In this document: positions 1 through 12,835 of the stretch, in pieces
How positions within the stretch are numbered: the stretch's first letter is position 1
Layout of the letters: each line of letters begins with the position of its first letter
NCBI GenBank assembly: GCA_951406725.2
Contig: OX597819.1
Coordinates: forward strand, 90,210,001-90,274,000
Length of the DNA: 64,000 nt
Direction: 5' to 3'
Source of the DNA: Octopus vulgaris
Taxonomy: Eukaryota
Program-made: the position numbers and the translations under genes
The notes under the pieces: model-generated
What the model saw: the letters and a program-made list of their open reading frames with translations, nothing else
What the model was told of the DNA's origin: nothing
Databases searched by the model: none

Positions 1-2160
1 ATAATCTTTATGAAGTTACAAATGATAAATGTTAAGTTGATAAATGATAATATGATAAGTTGCTGAAAGATACCACATCCTCTAAATATAAGGAAACTAA
101 TGTAGAGAGATACTATATCAATGATGAAGCTAAATTCCTCACTAAACATAGTAATATTGATGATAGATTAGAATGCTTAGCTAAGTGAGAAGTGTTTATT
201 ACTTTAAAAGACCATAAGCCCAATTTTCTTCTTGTAGATTGTGAAACCCAGCAAGATCTGAAATTGGGCTAGTAGCTAAAAAGAATACTTAGAAATATTA
301 ATGATACAATTAGGGAAATTACTGGGCTTCAACAATGGAATAACAGATTTACAGTAACAGATTGGTTTAAGAATATCAAGAATAAGGTTAAATTTACCCT
401 CTTTGATATAGACTTTTATCCCTCTATATCTAGATTGCTGCATGATAAAGTTATTGAATTTATTAAATCATATGTTGATATTGACCCTGTAGACCTAAAT
501 TTTATCAGGTATGTGAGGAAAGCACTATTGTTCAATAAAGGATTATCATGGGTAAAAAAGTTGCATAGCAGTGAACTATTTGATGTATCTATGGGGTCAT
601 ATGATATTGCTTATATCTGTGATCTTATGGTTTTATCCATATCAAACACATTGAGATATAGATACCCATCTCATGACGTTGGCCTATAACCATGATGACA
701 GTTTGGGCATTTCCCATGGGTGTGATGGTAACACCCTTGATAGATTTAGAAGGCATCTAATTCCTACCTTTTATAATTTAGGACTTAAAATTACAGATGC
801 TACTAATCTCTCAATAGTTGATTATTTAGATGTTTCTCTAGATTTAAATTCCTTGTATAAACCTTTCCATAAGCCTAATGAGAAACTCGCATATATACAT
901 AAAAAATCTTGTTACCCTCCTTTAGTATTTAAAAACCTGATATTAGTAACAGAGTGTTTAACCTCTCTTCTTCTAAAGAAATTTTCGAGAAAGCTGCCCC
1001 TTATTATAACAAGGCCCTAGCCGATAGTGGCTTCAAAGATACATTAATATAAATCCCTCTAATAATAATCAAAATATTAATAATAGTTCTAGTGGCATCA
1101 AAGATAAAGTTGTACATAACCACTCTAGTATTAATCAGGATAATAAGAAAACTAAAAGTAGGTCAAGGAAAAATTTTTGGCTCCTTCCTCTCTTTTCCGT
1201 TAATATAAAAATTAATATTGGTAAAAGATTCCTGTCTCTCCTAGATAAATATTTTCCAGCCCCTCACAGATACTGGTAAATATTTAATAGGCATTCTGTG
1301 AAATTATCATATTGCTTCTGCCCCAATATGAAGAGTAGCATTACCCGTGATCAATACGAAGAGCCTGAATCCAGTTGCAACTGTCAAGACCCAGGATCCT
1401 GTCAACTTGACCAACGATGTATGACTAAATCTATTGTATATGAGGCAGAAGTTACTGCAACCCTGAATAATAATACAACTGATAAGAAGACTTATATTGG
1501 ATTATGTGAAGGTCAGTTTAAAAATTGCAATGCCAATCACATAGCTTCCTGACATAGAGACAAAAGTAAAGTTCCTAAGTTGGCTAGCTGTGGACTTTGA
1601 AAGATAATGACGCACCACATGTGATTAAATGGAAAGAAATTGAGAAATCCATACCTCATGTGAATGGATTGAATAAATGTAGATTTTGTTTGGCTGAAAG
1701 AATGCAGATCCCGTTCAGCTCTAAGATTCCTAACTCTCTATTGATCTCCAGGTCAGAAATTTTCAGTGGTTGCATGCATATGAATAAATATATTTTGAAG
1801 AATTGAAAAATTTTGCTTATTTGTGACTGACTTGATATCTTTCCAGCTTTATCATTTAAGGTCTAAGGAGGATAGATCTTTTACCTTTTTACTTTATACT
1901 TTTTGAATTTTAGTTTTTGTTTTCTGTTGTTTATTGTCTGCATTTTCTGTATGCTGCCTTCTCAGTTTTTTTGCATTTCTTCTATTATTCAATTTCTTTA
2001 GTTCGTTATGATATGTTGTTTGCACCTGAAGAATAGGTTTGAGTTTTCACAACATATGAAACTATTAGTAGCGCTTTAATACATGTATTGTGATCTTTAA
2101 ATAAATAATAATTATCTCTCACCAGATGGAGTACTTTTTTTGTTGAGTTTTCTAACATGG
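1..2160 (+). mobile_element. Degraded Penelope-like retroelement (RT + GIY-YIG endonuclease + 3' pLTR), cut by the window start
   Basis: Frameshifted ORF pieces: FDVSMGSYD..CDL, HDDSLG (YRDDGL-like), DYLDVSLDL..YKPFHKPNE, C-x-C/C..C then IVYEA..TYIGLCEG (GIY-YIG), and C-terminal SRSEIFSGCMH. A hammerhead motif follows at 2022. Confidence 0.88.
2022..2074 (+). ncRNA. Type I hammerhead ribozyme motif (degenerate) in PLE pLTR
   Basis: gcac-CTGAAGA-ataggtt..aacatat-GAAA-ct att ag-TA-gcgc. The core is intact, stem III is ACT/AGT and the cleavage triplet is GUA. Stems I and II each have one mismatch. Confidence 0.65.
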
Positions 2161-2191
2161 ATCAGTACATTATATATATGTATATATATAT

Positions 2192-2366
2192 ATATTTGAG
2201 GAGTTTCGTTGTAGGTATAAAAATATACCATAAACAAGTATTAAAAATGGAGGCAAAAAAATGTAGAATCAGAAATAGATTTATTAATAAATTTATTTCT
2301 GATTCTACATTTTCTTATACTCGTTTATGGTATATTTTCATACCTATAACAAAACTCCTCAAATAT
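2192..2366. repeat. Long imperfect fold-back (inverted repeat) element next to (TA)n
   Basis: atatttgaggagtttcgttgtaggtat... pairs with ...atacctataacaaaactcctcaaatat. Inner arms are aaaatgtagaatcagaaata/tatttctgattctacatttt. Confidence 0.8.
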
Positions 2367-2510
2367 TAATTTCATATTCTTATTACTTGCTCTGGCTGAT
2401 TTTTATGAATATGATGAATCTTTATTTGAAATCACTTTTTCTCTCTTTCTGGATCCCCCAAAAAGTCTGAATTGTTCTTTTTGAACTCATTTTTTCTCAT
2501 ATATATATAT

Positions 2511-2825
2511 CATCATCATCATCGTTTAACGTCCGTTCTCCATGCTAGCATGGGTTGGACGGTTCGACCGAGGATCTGGGAAGCCAGAAGGCTGCAGCAG
2601 GCTCCGGTCTTATCTGGCAATGTTTCTACAGCTGGATGCCCTTCCTAACGCCAACCACTCCGTGAGTGTAGTGGGTGCTTTTTACGTGCCACCGACACGG
2701 AAGCCAGTCGAGGCGGCATTGGCATCGGCCACGATTCGGATAGTGCTTTTTATGTATCTCCAGTCCAGGGGTCCTGGCATCTGCCGGGTGCCAGTCATAG
2801 GATTGGTTCAATTTCGATTCCGATT
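2511..2825 (-). mobile_element. RTE LINE 3' end (5'-truncated copy)
   Basis: (CAT)n tail plus gtttaacgtccgttctccatgctagcatgggttggacgg, homologous to the 3' UTR of the RTE at 31051. Confidence 0.85.
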
Positions 2826-2871
<46 letters not shown>

Positions 2872-3350
2872 TATATATGTATATGTGTATATATATAAAA
2901 TTAATAACAACAGACAGATGGACAATTATTTATTTATTTATTACCCACCTCACTCAGAACCTGTTCCATTATGTAGATCCAAAGTATACTATGGACTGTA
3001 CATTTACTGAAACTGCATTTCCTAGATTAACCCTAGGGCTCATGGTATACTCAGTCAAGTACAGTTAATCATATAGATAACCTGAATATCTTCCCGAATG
3101 TACTTTGGTACCTGCGTATGTTTTCCTCTATTGTTGTATGCACATTTTATTTTTTGGCCCAACTTGGTGCCTTACCATTTAAGTGCTTGATTCACTGGAA
3201 TCCTGATCTATATATTTTGTGTGTGTGTGTGTGCACCAGTTGAGCATGGGGCAGGAGGTCAATGTACTTAAGTTTCCTCTCTCCTCAAAATTGCTGACCT
3301 TGTTTGAAAATTAGATAGAATAATTACCATCATCATCATTATTATTATTT

Positions 3351-3760
3351 AGGCAGCAAGCTGGCAGAATCGTTAACATGCTGGATGAAATGCTTGGCAA
3401 TATTTCATCTGTCTTTTCGTTCTGAGTTCAAATTCCTCCAAGGTCGACTTTGCCTTTCATCCTTTCAGGGTCGAGAAATTAAGTACCAGTTGCATACTGA
3501 GTTCAATCTAATCGGCTGGCCCCATCCCCAAAAATTTGGGGCCTTGTGCCTAGAATAGAAAAGAATCGTTAGCACACTGGATGAAATGCTTAGTGGTAGT
3601 TCACCCATCGCTACATTCTGAGTTCAAATTCCACCAAGGTTGACTTTGCCATTCATCCTTTCAGGGTTAATAAAGTAAGTACCAGTTGAGTATGGGGGTC
3701 GGTGTAACCAACTTGCAACCTCCCCAAAAAATGTCAGGCCTTGTGCCTATAGTAGAAAGG
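3351..3760 (+). mobile_element. Two tandem tRNA-derived SINEs (family B, Meta-domain-like centre)
   Basis: ggcagcaagctggcagaatcgtta head, gagttcaaattcc B box and the gtcgactttgcctttcatcctttc..aagtaccag core, present twice. Homologous to 57909. Confidence 0.8.
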
Positions 3761-4963
3761 ATTATTATTATTATTATTATTACTACTATTATTATTATTA
3801 TTTGTTGTAGTAGTACATAATAGATTTCTATGTTGTACCATTGTGTAAATCCTGACATTTTCCTCTATTTGTTCTTGGTAAGGAGGAGGGGTTTATTTTT
3901 GTTTTTGGTCCCACACACCCTCCTTTTTTCTATCTTGCATTCACCTTCTTTCTCCTCTCTCTCACATACACTATATATGTCAACATCTATTTCTCACATT
4001 TTCTTTCTGTCTCTCCCCTCTTTCTCGTTCTCTTTTAATCACTCTCTCATTCTCTCTCTTTTTCTTTCATTCTCTTTTAAACACTTTCTCATTCTCATTT
4101 CCTCTTTCTCATTCTCTCTTTCTCTTTCTTTCCCCTCTTTCCCACTTTATTAATCACTCTCTCTCTCTCTCTCCCACTCCCTCTCTCTCTCTCTCTCACT
4201 CCCTCTCTCTCTTTTTCTGCCCTTTCTCTCATTCTCTCTTTCACATGCTAGCCAATTCTTTATTTGCAATTCCTATTGAATTCTTTCAAATATTTTAAGG
4301 TAAAGTTGTTCAGTTAGCCTTGTCATCACAACTAATAAAAATTTCTTTGATCACTGAGAATAGGAAATACAAATGTGAAAAACCAGAAAAAAAAACAACA
4401 ACATTCAGTAGTTTTGTATATTTATTTATTTTTCCAATTCCTAAGAATGTTATAAATATCGAAATTATCGAAAACTGGATGCTAACAATAGGAATATAGC
4501 TTTGATTGGTCAAACATGAATCCCCAAAATAACAGTGTAATTGTAGTATTTACAATTTCATCAATATCTCCATTTCAAAATCATAGCGCCAATAATTCTG
4601 TTCAAAAGGAGAAAACAAGAAAAGAAGTAATGGTTTATTTTTAAATGATAATAGACGTATGAAATAAAAGGGTGATAGACATTGGTATCTCATTCACAAA
4701 AATATCATCTTGATTATTAAATTAGCTGTCTGCTTCTCAGCTTTAACACTTCAATACTTTCTCTGTCAACAGATCCTAAAACTACATTGAAAGTCAAGGT
4801 GTGTGTAGTGGTTGTCATGGTAGGAATGTCCTCTACATGCCAGTGAGGGAAAAATCTACGGGGTTGCTTGAGCCTCATAAAGTTGGTACAGACAACTATT
4901 TTCAAGAAGCAGGATGTATAAGACATGGATCATTTTCAAGGCGGGCCCACATTTCTAAAAGCA

Positions 4964-5383
4964 TTAAACCCTTTAGTATTCAGATTGCTCTGCCAAATCT
5001 AATACTTATTTATTCACATTGTTTTGAATTAATCATATTATGTTATAGCTTCAAAATTAATATAATGTGATTGCATATTTTTAGATTGACCTGGCTGGTT
5101 TGGGCATTAACCCTTTTGTTACCATATTTCTGTTGAGATGCTCTGTGTTTCTTTCAATTAATTTTAAATATAACAAAGAATTTAGTAAAATAACTTACTT
5201 GTCATTAAGCTAGTGTTAGGAATATAAATTGTGACTAAGGTTTGATGTAAGATTTTACTTCAGGACTTTTAAAATAAGACATTTGTACTACAGAACCAGA
5301 GGTGGTTTCAGGTGGGTTTGTATGAAAAGAGTTAAACAGGTAGAATATTTTGGCCAGATTTGGCTGGTTTAAATGCTAAGGGG
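4964..5383. mobile_element. TTAA-associated (piggyBac-like) MITE with a second TTAA MITE nested at 5107-5335
   Basis: Outer ends ttaaaccctttagtatt / aatgctaagggg; inner ends ttaacccttttg / gaaaagagttaa. The outer family recurs at 6701-7856 and 18325-18913. Confidence 0.6.
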
Positions 5384-5785
5384 CTGACTGTGTGGTAAGT
5401 AGCTTGCTTATGAACCACATGGTTCCGGGTTCAGTCCCACTGCATGGCACCTTGGGCAAGTGTCTTCTACTATAGCCTTGGGCCGACCAAAGTCTTGTGA
5501 GTGGATTTGGTAGACGGAAACTGAAAGAAGCCCATTGTATATATATGTATATATATATGTATGTGTGTGTATATGTTTGTGTGTCTGTGTTTATCCCCAC
5601 AACATTGCCTGACAACTGATGCTGGTGTGTTTACGTCTCCGTAACTTAGCGGTTTGGCAAAAGAGACTGATAGAATAAGTACTAGGCTTTCAAAGAATAA
5701 GTCTGGGGGTCGATTTGCTTGACTAAAGGCAGTGCTCCAGCATGGCCACTGTCAAATGACTGAAACAAGTAAAAGAGTAAAGAGT
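5382..5785 (+). mobile_element. tRNA-derived SINE family A (CORE-like motif, internal TA/TG microsatellite)
   Basis: Closely similar to 63131-63541. B box ggttcagtccc, ccttgggcaagt motif, and gaaacaagtaaaagagt tail. Confidence 0.88.
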
Positions 5786-6811
5786 ATGCAATTCAGAAGG
5801 TCCTGCAGTTTGCACATGCCTGCTATTAGGGAACCTATCTGTGTTTGCTTGACGTGCTAGGAATAAAAGCCAAATTTGCCGCAAATCACACTTCTATCTT
5901 AAAAAAGGAATGACAATAATAATTCAATAATGCATTCCTGCTTTCCCTGCCAAAAATACAAGATGGTTATGGCTGGAATGCATTTGATTATAGAGCTGTT
6001 TGTTCAGGTTTGACTTGGAAATCAATAAACAATACTGATAGCAAAATCATTTTGAAAATTGTCATTATAATCATAATTTTCTTCATCATCATCGTCACCA
6101 TCACTACCAACATCAACATTTTTACCATCATCACCACCACCACCATCATCACCACCACCATCACCACCACCACCACCATCATCATCGTCACCAACAACAA
6201 CTACAACAATAACAGTATTATCATTTTTGTCATTATCTATCATGTCCCATATAAAGGAAATCGTTAAGCTCCTACACTAAATTCTGATTTTTGTCACATT
6301 GTTTTCGATAACATGCCAGCTGTTGTCAACTGGCATCATAGAATTATATTCCTCATAGTTCTCATAATGAGGATGACGTATCTTTGACAGACTCATTCCA
6401 TTTGATAGAGCTTCTCTCTCTCTCTCTTTTTCTCTCTGTTCAAGCATTGCTGATATTCCAGTGATAGTGCTGGTTGTTGTCTGCTACTCTCTCTTCAAGA
6501 GATATTCTAATAACTGTGATACTGTTATTGAATATTCAATGAACTAATACTACCACTTTTCTCCAATACCATATGTTCTAGCATTTTCATTATGAACTTA
6601 GCAGAAGAGTAAAGGTTGTGTTATCACTTTCCCAAAACTTGAACACTGTCTAATGAAGGAATGAAGTCTATTACTTCATTACAATACATTTCAATGCAGT
6701 TTAAACCTTTAGCATTTATTCTGGCTATATACAACTCAAATATTCAAAAATTTTCAAATAGTTTTATGCTAAGGCCAGCCAAATCCAGCCTCTTGTATAT
6801 ACCTTGAAATA

Positions 6812-7727
6812 TCATCATCATCATCACCATTGTTTAATGTCCGCTTTCCATGCTAGCATGGGTTGAACAATTTGACTGAGGACTGGCTAGCCAGATGGCT
6901 GCACCAGGCTCCAATCTGATCTGGCAGAGTTTCTACAGCTGGATACCCTTCCTAATGCCAACCACTCCAAGAGTGTAGTGGGTGCTTTTACATGCCGCCT
7001 GCATGAGGGCCAGTCAGGCGGTACTGACAACAGCCACACTCAAATGGTGTTTTTTATGTGCCACCTGTACAGGAGCCAGTCCAGCGGCACTGGCAACAAC
7101 CTCTTTGGAATGTTTTTTCATGTGCCACTGGCACAAGTGCCAGTAAGGCAATGCTGGTAATGATCATGCTCGAATGGTGCTTTTTATGTGCCACCAGCAC
7201 AGAAGCCAGTTTGCTGCTCTGGCAACAATCACACTCGGATGGTGCTCCTAGCTCTCCACTAGCACAGATGCCAGTCATCAAATTTGATTTCAATTTCGAT
7301 TTCACTTGCCTCAACAGGTCTTCGCAAGCAGAGTTTAGTGTCCAATGCAGGAAAGGTACGCATAAGTCAGATGGTTACACCCCTGGCATAGGCCATGAGG
7401 TTATGGTCTCACTTGGCTTGCCAAGTCTTCTCAAGCACAGCATATTTCCAAAGGTCCCGATCACTAGTCATTGCCTCGGTGAGACCTAATGTTCAAAGGT
7501 TATGCTTCACCACCTCATCCCAGGTCTTCCTGGGTCTACCTCTTCTACAGGTTCCCTCAACCGCTAGGGTGTGGCACTTTTTCACACAGCTATCCTCATC
7601 TATTCTCGCCACATGACCATACCAGCACAGTCGTCTCTCTTGCACACCACATCTGATGTTTCTTAGGTCCAACTTTTCTCTCAAGGTACTTACTCTCTGT
7701 CGAGTATGCATACTGACATTACACATC
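6812..7727 (-). mobile_element. RTE LINE 3' fragment (ORF C-terminus + 3' UTR) inserted in a TTAA MITE
   Basis: ORF 7493..7729 (RRLCWYGHVARIDEDSCVKKC..RGRPRKTW) closely matches the RTE C-terminus at 31670. It has a (CAT)n tail. Confidence 0.9.
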
Positions 7728-9114
7728 ATTTTATAAATAAACTATCACATCATCAATATCTTGGAGTTATGAAATAATGCACAATTGATTAATTCAAAAC
7801 AATGTGGATAAATAAGCATTACATTTGAGAAAATAATCTAAATGCTAAACGGTGAAACCTCTTCTGATAGTCTCTATGATATCATCGACATCATCATCAT
7901 TTTAACATCCAAGAATTCATTGAGGCAGGTTTTTCTGTGACTGGATGTCATTCGGTTCACTAGTCATGACTTGCTTTCAAGCAAAGTAACATTTCCCCAT
8001 GACCAGACATGTTTTTGTGGAAGCCTGGAAATGAGTGTCACCACTTATATGAGAATAGATGGTGACACTCATGCACAACTATTACAGGATATCATGATAA
8101 AGAAACATTTACTTACACACACACACGCACGCACGCACGCACACACACACACACACACACACCTTTCAGTTACTGTCTGCCGAAGCCACTCACAGAGCTT
8201 TGACTTTCCTTGGACTATAGAAGATACTTGCCAAAGGTTTTACACAATGGGGCTGAACTAGAAAGTGAATTTCTCAACCAAAAGTCATGCCTGTGTTGTA
8301 AATAAACTAAGTACTAATCATATACTGGGATTTATTCAATGAGCTCACACCTTCTCTGCAAATGTATACTTTATGCTAATCTAATACTTCTTCATGTCAC
8401 TTGCATTTGTTTAACTCATTGCCACAAGGTTTATTCCTTTTATATCAAAGCTTTTTGTGAATACCTGATATAAAGCACATGATGTCATTTACTTATGGGT
8501 TTCCCAGAAGCTAATCAATGTGCTATTATATTTCTATTCATGAAAATGACAAGTAAAGTTGTCATGCAACTTTACTAGAATAAATACCAGAAGGTATTTT
8601 TTGTTCAACATACTGCTTTATCAAAAATTTTCCTGATGACGTATCTTTTGCCTATATACGTATGTGAGTGTACATATGCATATGTGTGTGTCATCGTCAT
8701 CATTATCAATTTCATGTCTGTTCTTCCATGCTTTCATGGATCAGTTGGAATTCATTGGGACAGGTTTTCTACGGCTGGTTGCCCTTCCTGTCACCAACCC
8801 TCACCTATTTCCAAGCAAGATAATATTTTCTTATAGCTGGACATGTTTTCACAGACAACTGGAAACAAAACATATTTTGCATGACAATGATGCTCACACA
8901 CAACCATCACATGACATCAAGACAAGAGTGCACACAAGTATATGCATACACACACACACACACAATGGGCTTTTATTTTTTGCCTATCAAATCTACTCAC
9001 AAGACTTTGGTTGGTTCAGGATTATAATATAGGACTTCACCAATGATGCTAATTCCAACACCATGACCAAGACTACCTTCAGATAGTTTCTTGCTCTATG
9101 TTACTTCCCTTGTG

Positions 9115-9340
9115 GAAGCACATGGTTTAGTGGTTAGGATATTGGACTCATGATCATAAGATTGTGGTTTCAGTTCCTGGACCGGGCGATGAGTTGTGTT
9201 CTTGAACAAAACACTTCATTTCATGTTGCTCCAGTTCACTCAGCTCGCAAAAATGAGTAACCCTGTGATGGATCAGCATCCCGTCCAGTTGGGGAATTTA
9301 TATGCCATGAGAACCAAAAAAGCATCCTTTATGAGTCGGC
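9115..9340 (+). mobile_element. tRNA-derived SINE family C
   Basis: A box tggtttagtgg, B-box-like ggtttcagttcc and gttgctccagttcactcagct. Related to 21585-21905 (-). Confidence 0.65.
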
Positions 9341-9576
9341 ATTTCACTGTGTAAGATAATTCAGTTACTTCCCTTATTATGACATACATGAATAATAATT
9401 AGATAGTTACATGTTTAAAAACAACAGTATTGATAATATAGAGGTAAGGAACTCTAACATCAACACAAGGCCATTATTTTGAAAGGAAGAATCAGTCAAT
9501 TGAATCAACCCCAGAATTTATTTAATCAACTTCCAGAAGGTTAAAAGACAGTCAAGTACAGTAGGATAATAATGGG

Positions 9577-9780
9577 TTTCAAATTTTGGCACAAGGCCAG
9601 CAATTTCAGGGAGTGGGTAAGTTAGTTACCTTGACCCTAGAACTCAACTGGTACTTATTTTATTGACCCTGAAAGGTTGAAAGGCAAAGTCAACCCCTGC
9701 AGCATTTGAACTCCAGAATATAAAACCAGATAAAATGTTGTTAAGCATTTGACCTGGCAGGCTAACAATTTTGCTACACT
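9577..9780 (-). mobile_element. SINE family B
   Basis: Reverse complement of the family B core (ctggtacttattttattgaccc..gaaaggcaaagtcaacc). Confidence 0.75.
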
Positions 9781-9917
9781 GCATTACAGCAGCAGGAAAA
9801 TAATAACAATGCTGAATGACTTCAATAAATTTAGGTTGAAAATTGAGAAAAAGTGACAGGTTAACAAGGTGTATAAACACTGAAATCAAGTTCACAATAA
9901 AAGAAGCAGAAAAAAAT

Positions 9918-10133
9918 CATCATCATCATCGTTTAATATCTATTTTTCATGCTAGCATGGGCTGGACAGTTTGACTGGGGACTAGCAAGCCAGGAGGCCG
10001 CACCAGGCTCCAATCTAATCTGGCAGTGTTTCTACAGGTGGATGCCCTTCCTAATGCCAACCACTCTCAGACTGTAGTGGGTGCTTTTTATGTGCCACCG
10101 GCACGGGAGCCAGTCAGGCCAGCACTGGCATCA
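9918..10133 (-). mobile_element. RTE LINE 3' end
   Basis: (CAT)n tail and RTE 3' UTR homology. Confidence 0.8.
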
Positions 10134-10443
10134 GTATGCATATGTGTGTGTCATCATCATTATCAGTTTCATGCCTGTTTTTCCATGCTTTCATGGATCA
10201 GATGGAATTTCCGCATCGCCCACCAAATAAGGGATCGGGGTCCTGGCAAGAAGTTTACTTGCTTAACATAAGTCTGGATTCAATTCTACTGCATGACACC
10301 TTAGGCAAGTGTCTTCTGCTGTAGTCCCATGCTGACCAGGCTTTGTGACTAGATTTAGTAGATAGAAACTGAAAGAAACCTGTCATATGTATGTATATAT
10401 ATTTATGTATAAATATGTATACGTATGTAAGTATATATGTAAT

Positions 10444-10560
<117 letters not shown>

Positions 10561-11112
10561 GTGTGTGTTTGTATGTCTGTGTATATATGTATATATGTGT
10601 GTTACTATCTCCTTGCTTTGACATTGTGTGATAGGTTTAGATGAATGTGACTGATTTGCAAGCAATGCTTTCCATTCCCAATCTTCAGTGAAAGCATTTC
10701 TAGTTATGAGGAAATATTTCCTTGTTTGGCAACAGGTGAGGGTTGGTAACAGGAAAAGCATCCTAACAAAATTCCATCCAGTCCATGCAAGCATGGAAAA
10801 GTAGATGTTAGAATGATGATGATGATGGTGTTGAACAACTGCAACATATCAAAATGAATGAATTAATGCAAGAGAAATATATCTAATTGACTCGAGTGAG
10901 CCTAATATCCAGAAGGTGAGAAAAATAAGAGAGGATAGTCATCACTTGAAGGCCTTTAATTAAAGGTAACACAGTTAGGGATAACTTGGGGTTAAACAGT
11001 AATAAATCACTCACTCTGATGCAAGTAGTTTTCAAACATGACAAAACAAAATGATGCATTCAATATGTAAAGACGCTCAAGAATGTCAAGCAGAAAGAAC
11101 TTAAACCACCAC

Positions 11113-11645
11113 TAATAATAATAATAATAAACATTGTGTACAGTGCTCAGGTGCACTACAACTCATCTAAAGTGCATATATAATCAGGTGTAGTTTCGAC
11201 GGATTTCGGAAAGCATGAGGGCCTTAAAGGATGCAGTGTCATGGCAGTCAGCAACTGACGCAGGCAGTTTATTCCATGCTTCAGCAACTCTGAGCGTGAA
11301 GAAATGTTTCCGAAAGTCATGGGAGCTGTGTTGTTTTCTGACTTTGTAGGCATGTCCACATGTGTTAGACACATGGAGATCAAAAAGGTGTTCAGTGTTG
11401 TTGTTGTTGGTGAGGTGGTTGATAACTTTGTGGGTGTTTACCAAGTCCGTCGCCAGACGCCAGAGCTTCAGTGAATCCATGCCCAGGGAAACAAGGCGCT
11501 CAGAATATGGTAGGTGTCTGATGGAGGGTATGCATTTGGTTGCACGTCTCTGAACAGATTCCAGGAGGTCAATGTTTTGAGCAAGATAGGGGTTCCAAAC
11601 TGATGATGCGAATTCCAAGTGTGGTCGTACCATAGCTGTATACAG
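11113..11645 (-). mobile_element. CR1-clade LINE 3' fragment
   Basis: VRPHLEFASSVWNPY..LESVQRRATK..YSERL..RKHFFTLRVAEAWNKLP is the typical CR1 ORF2 C-terminus. It has an (ATT)n tail. Confidence 0.9.
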
Positions 11646-11859
11646 CTGTATGATAGGGAGAAGTAAATTGCAAAGGGCAAAGCAATCTGGAAAACAAACA
11701 TAGCTTGCAAATTAAGATCCCTCAATGGGAAATTATCAAATAACTCTATAAATCTAAATTTATCATAAATCTTATGATAAATTACAGAGCTGACTTGGTG
11801 GGCACCCACAAGATTATCCACCATCTTTCCCACAACAATTTTGGGCACCTTTTTGAATT

Positions 11860-12195
11860 CCATGTCTGATACTTGTGGACATGCTTACAAGATCAAAAAC
11901 AAAACAGAGCACCCATGACTTTCAAAAACATTTTTTCATGCTCAGAATTGCTGAAACATGGAATAATCTACCTGCATCAGTTGTTAGCTGTCAAGATACT
12001 ACATCCTTCAAAACTTCCATGCTTCCTGAAATTCTCCAATAGTACACCTGATACACCCACCTTTGTTTCTTCTTTTATTTTTGAAGATATATTCATACTT
12101 CCTGTACATATTCTATGTACTGTTCATGCTGTTTTAGTTACATTTTTGATGAGTTGTAGTGCACCTGAGCACTGTATACAATAAGTTCATTATTT
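11860..12195 (+). mobile_element. CR1 LINE 3' end
   Basis: Homologous to 11113-11400 in the opposite orientation. Shares the gtgcacctgagcactgtatacaat terminus. Confidence 0.8.
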
Positions 12196-12329
12196 AAGCT
12201 GAAAGTCTGATAACAGCTGCTCAGTACCAGTCCCTTCCAACTGAACATATAAAAATCATTTACATCATCAGCGTTTTAACATCCACTTTTCAATGCTTTC
12301 TTGGTTCAGATGTATATATATATAAACAA

Positions 12330-12377
12330 TTGCAGTGAACAGGTCGCAGCCTCAAAGCGACGAAAATATTTTGGCAA
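12330..12377 (+). ncRNA. Candidate hammerhead variant with G3-C8 core
   Basis: ttgca-GTGAACA-g-gtcgc(9 nt)gcgac-GAAA-atatt-t-tggcaa. Perfect stem II and palindromic AATATT stem III. Confidence 0.5.
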
Positions 12378-12515
12378 ATTAAATTTTAATATTGAAGTGA
12401 ATCTAACGGATTTTGTGTGTTTTTAAATGGCTTGTAAACACCTTCCACACTGCAATTATTTATATTTCAGCACACAACCTCAGATCAGGTCACTTGCTAT
12501 GCAAGTACATCTCCG

Positions 12516-12548
<33 letters not shown>

Positions 12549-12551
<3 letters not shown>

Positions 12552-12835
12552 TCATCATCATTGTTTAATGTCCATTTTCCATGCTGGCATGGCTTGATGG
12601 TTTGACTGGGGTCTGGAAAGCCAGGAGGTTGCACCAGGTCCCAATCTGATCTAGCAGTGTTTCTACAGCTGGATGCCCTTCCTAACACCAACCACTCTGA
12701 GAGTGTAGTGGGTGCTTTTTACATGCTACTGGCATGGGGCTCACAACTACAATTTCCATTTGATTTGGTTTTGATATTGCTGATGTTGATGTACTTGACT
12801 CAGCATCAGCCACGTTCTGATGGTGCTTTTTATAT
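12549..12835 (-). mobile_element. RTE LINE 3' end
   Basis: (CAT)n tail and RTE 3' UTR homology. Confidence 0.8.

Noticed and set aside
6644-6700. CTAATGA followed by an 8-bp hairpin, hammerhead-like
   Set aside because: G5 and the GAAA box are both altered and there is no clear cleavage triplet.
8630-8665. CTGATGA plus a cgtat/atacg hairpin
   Set aside because: No GAAA or stem III follows, so it is at best a half motif.
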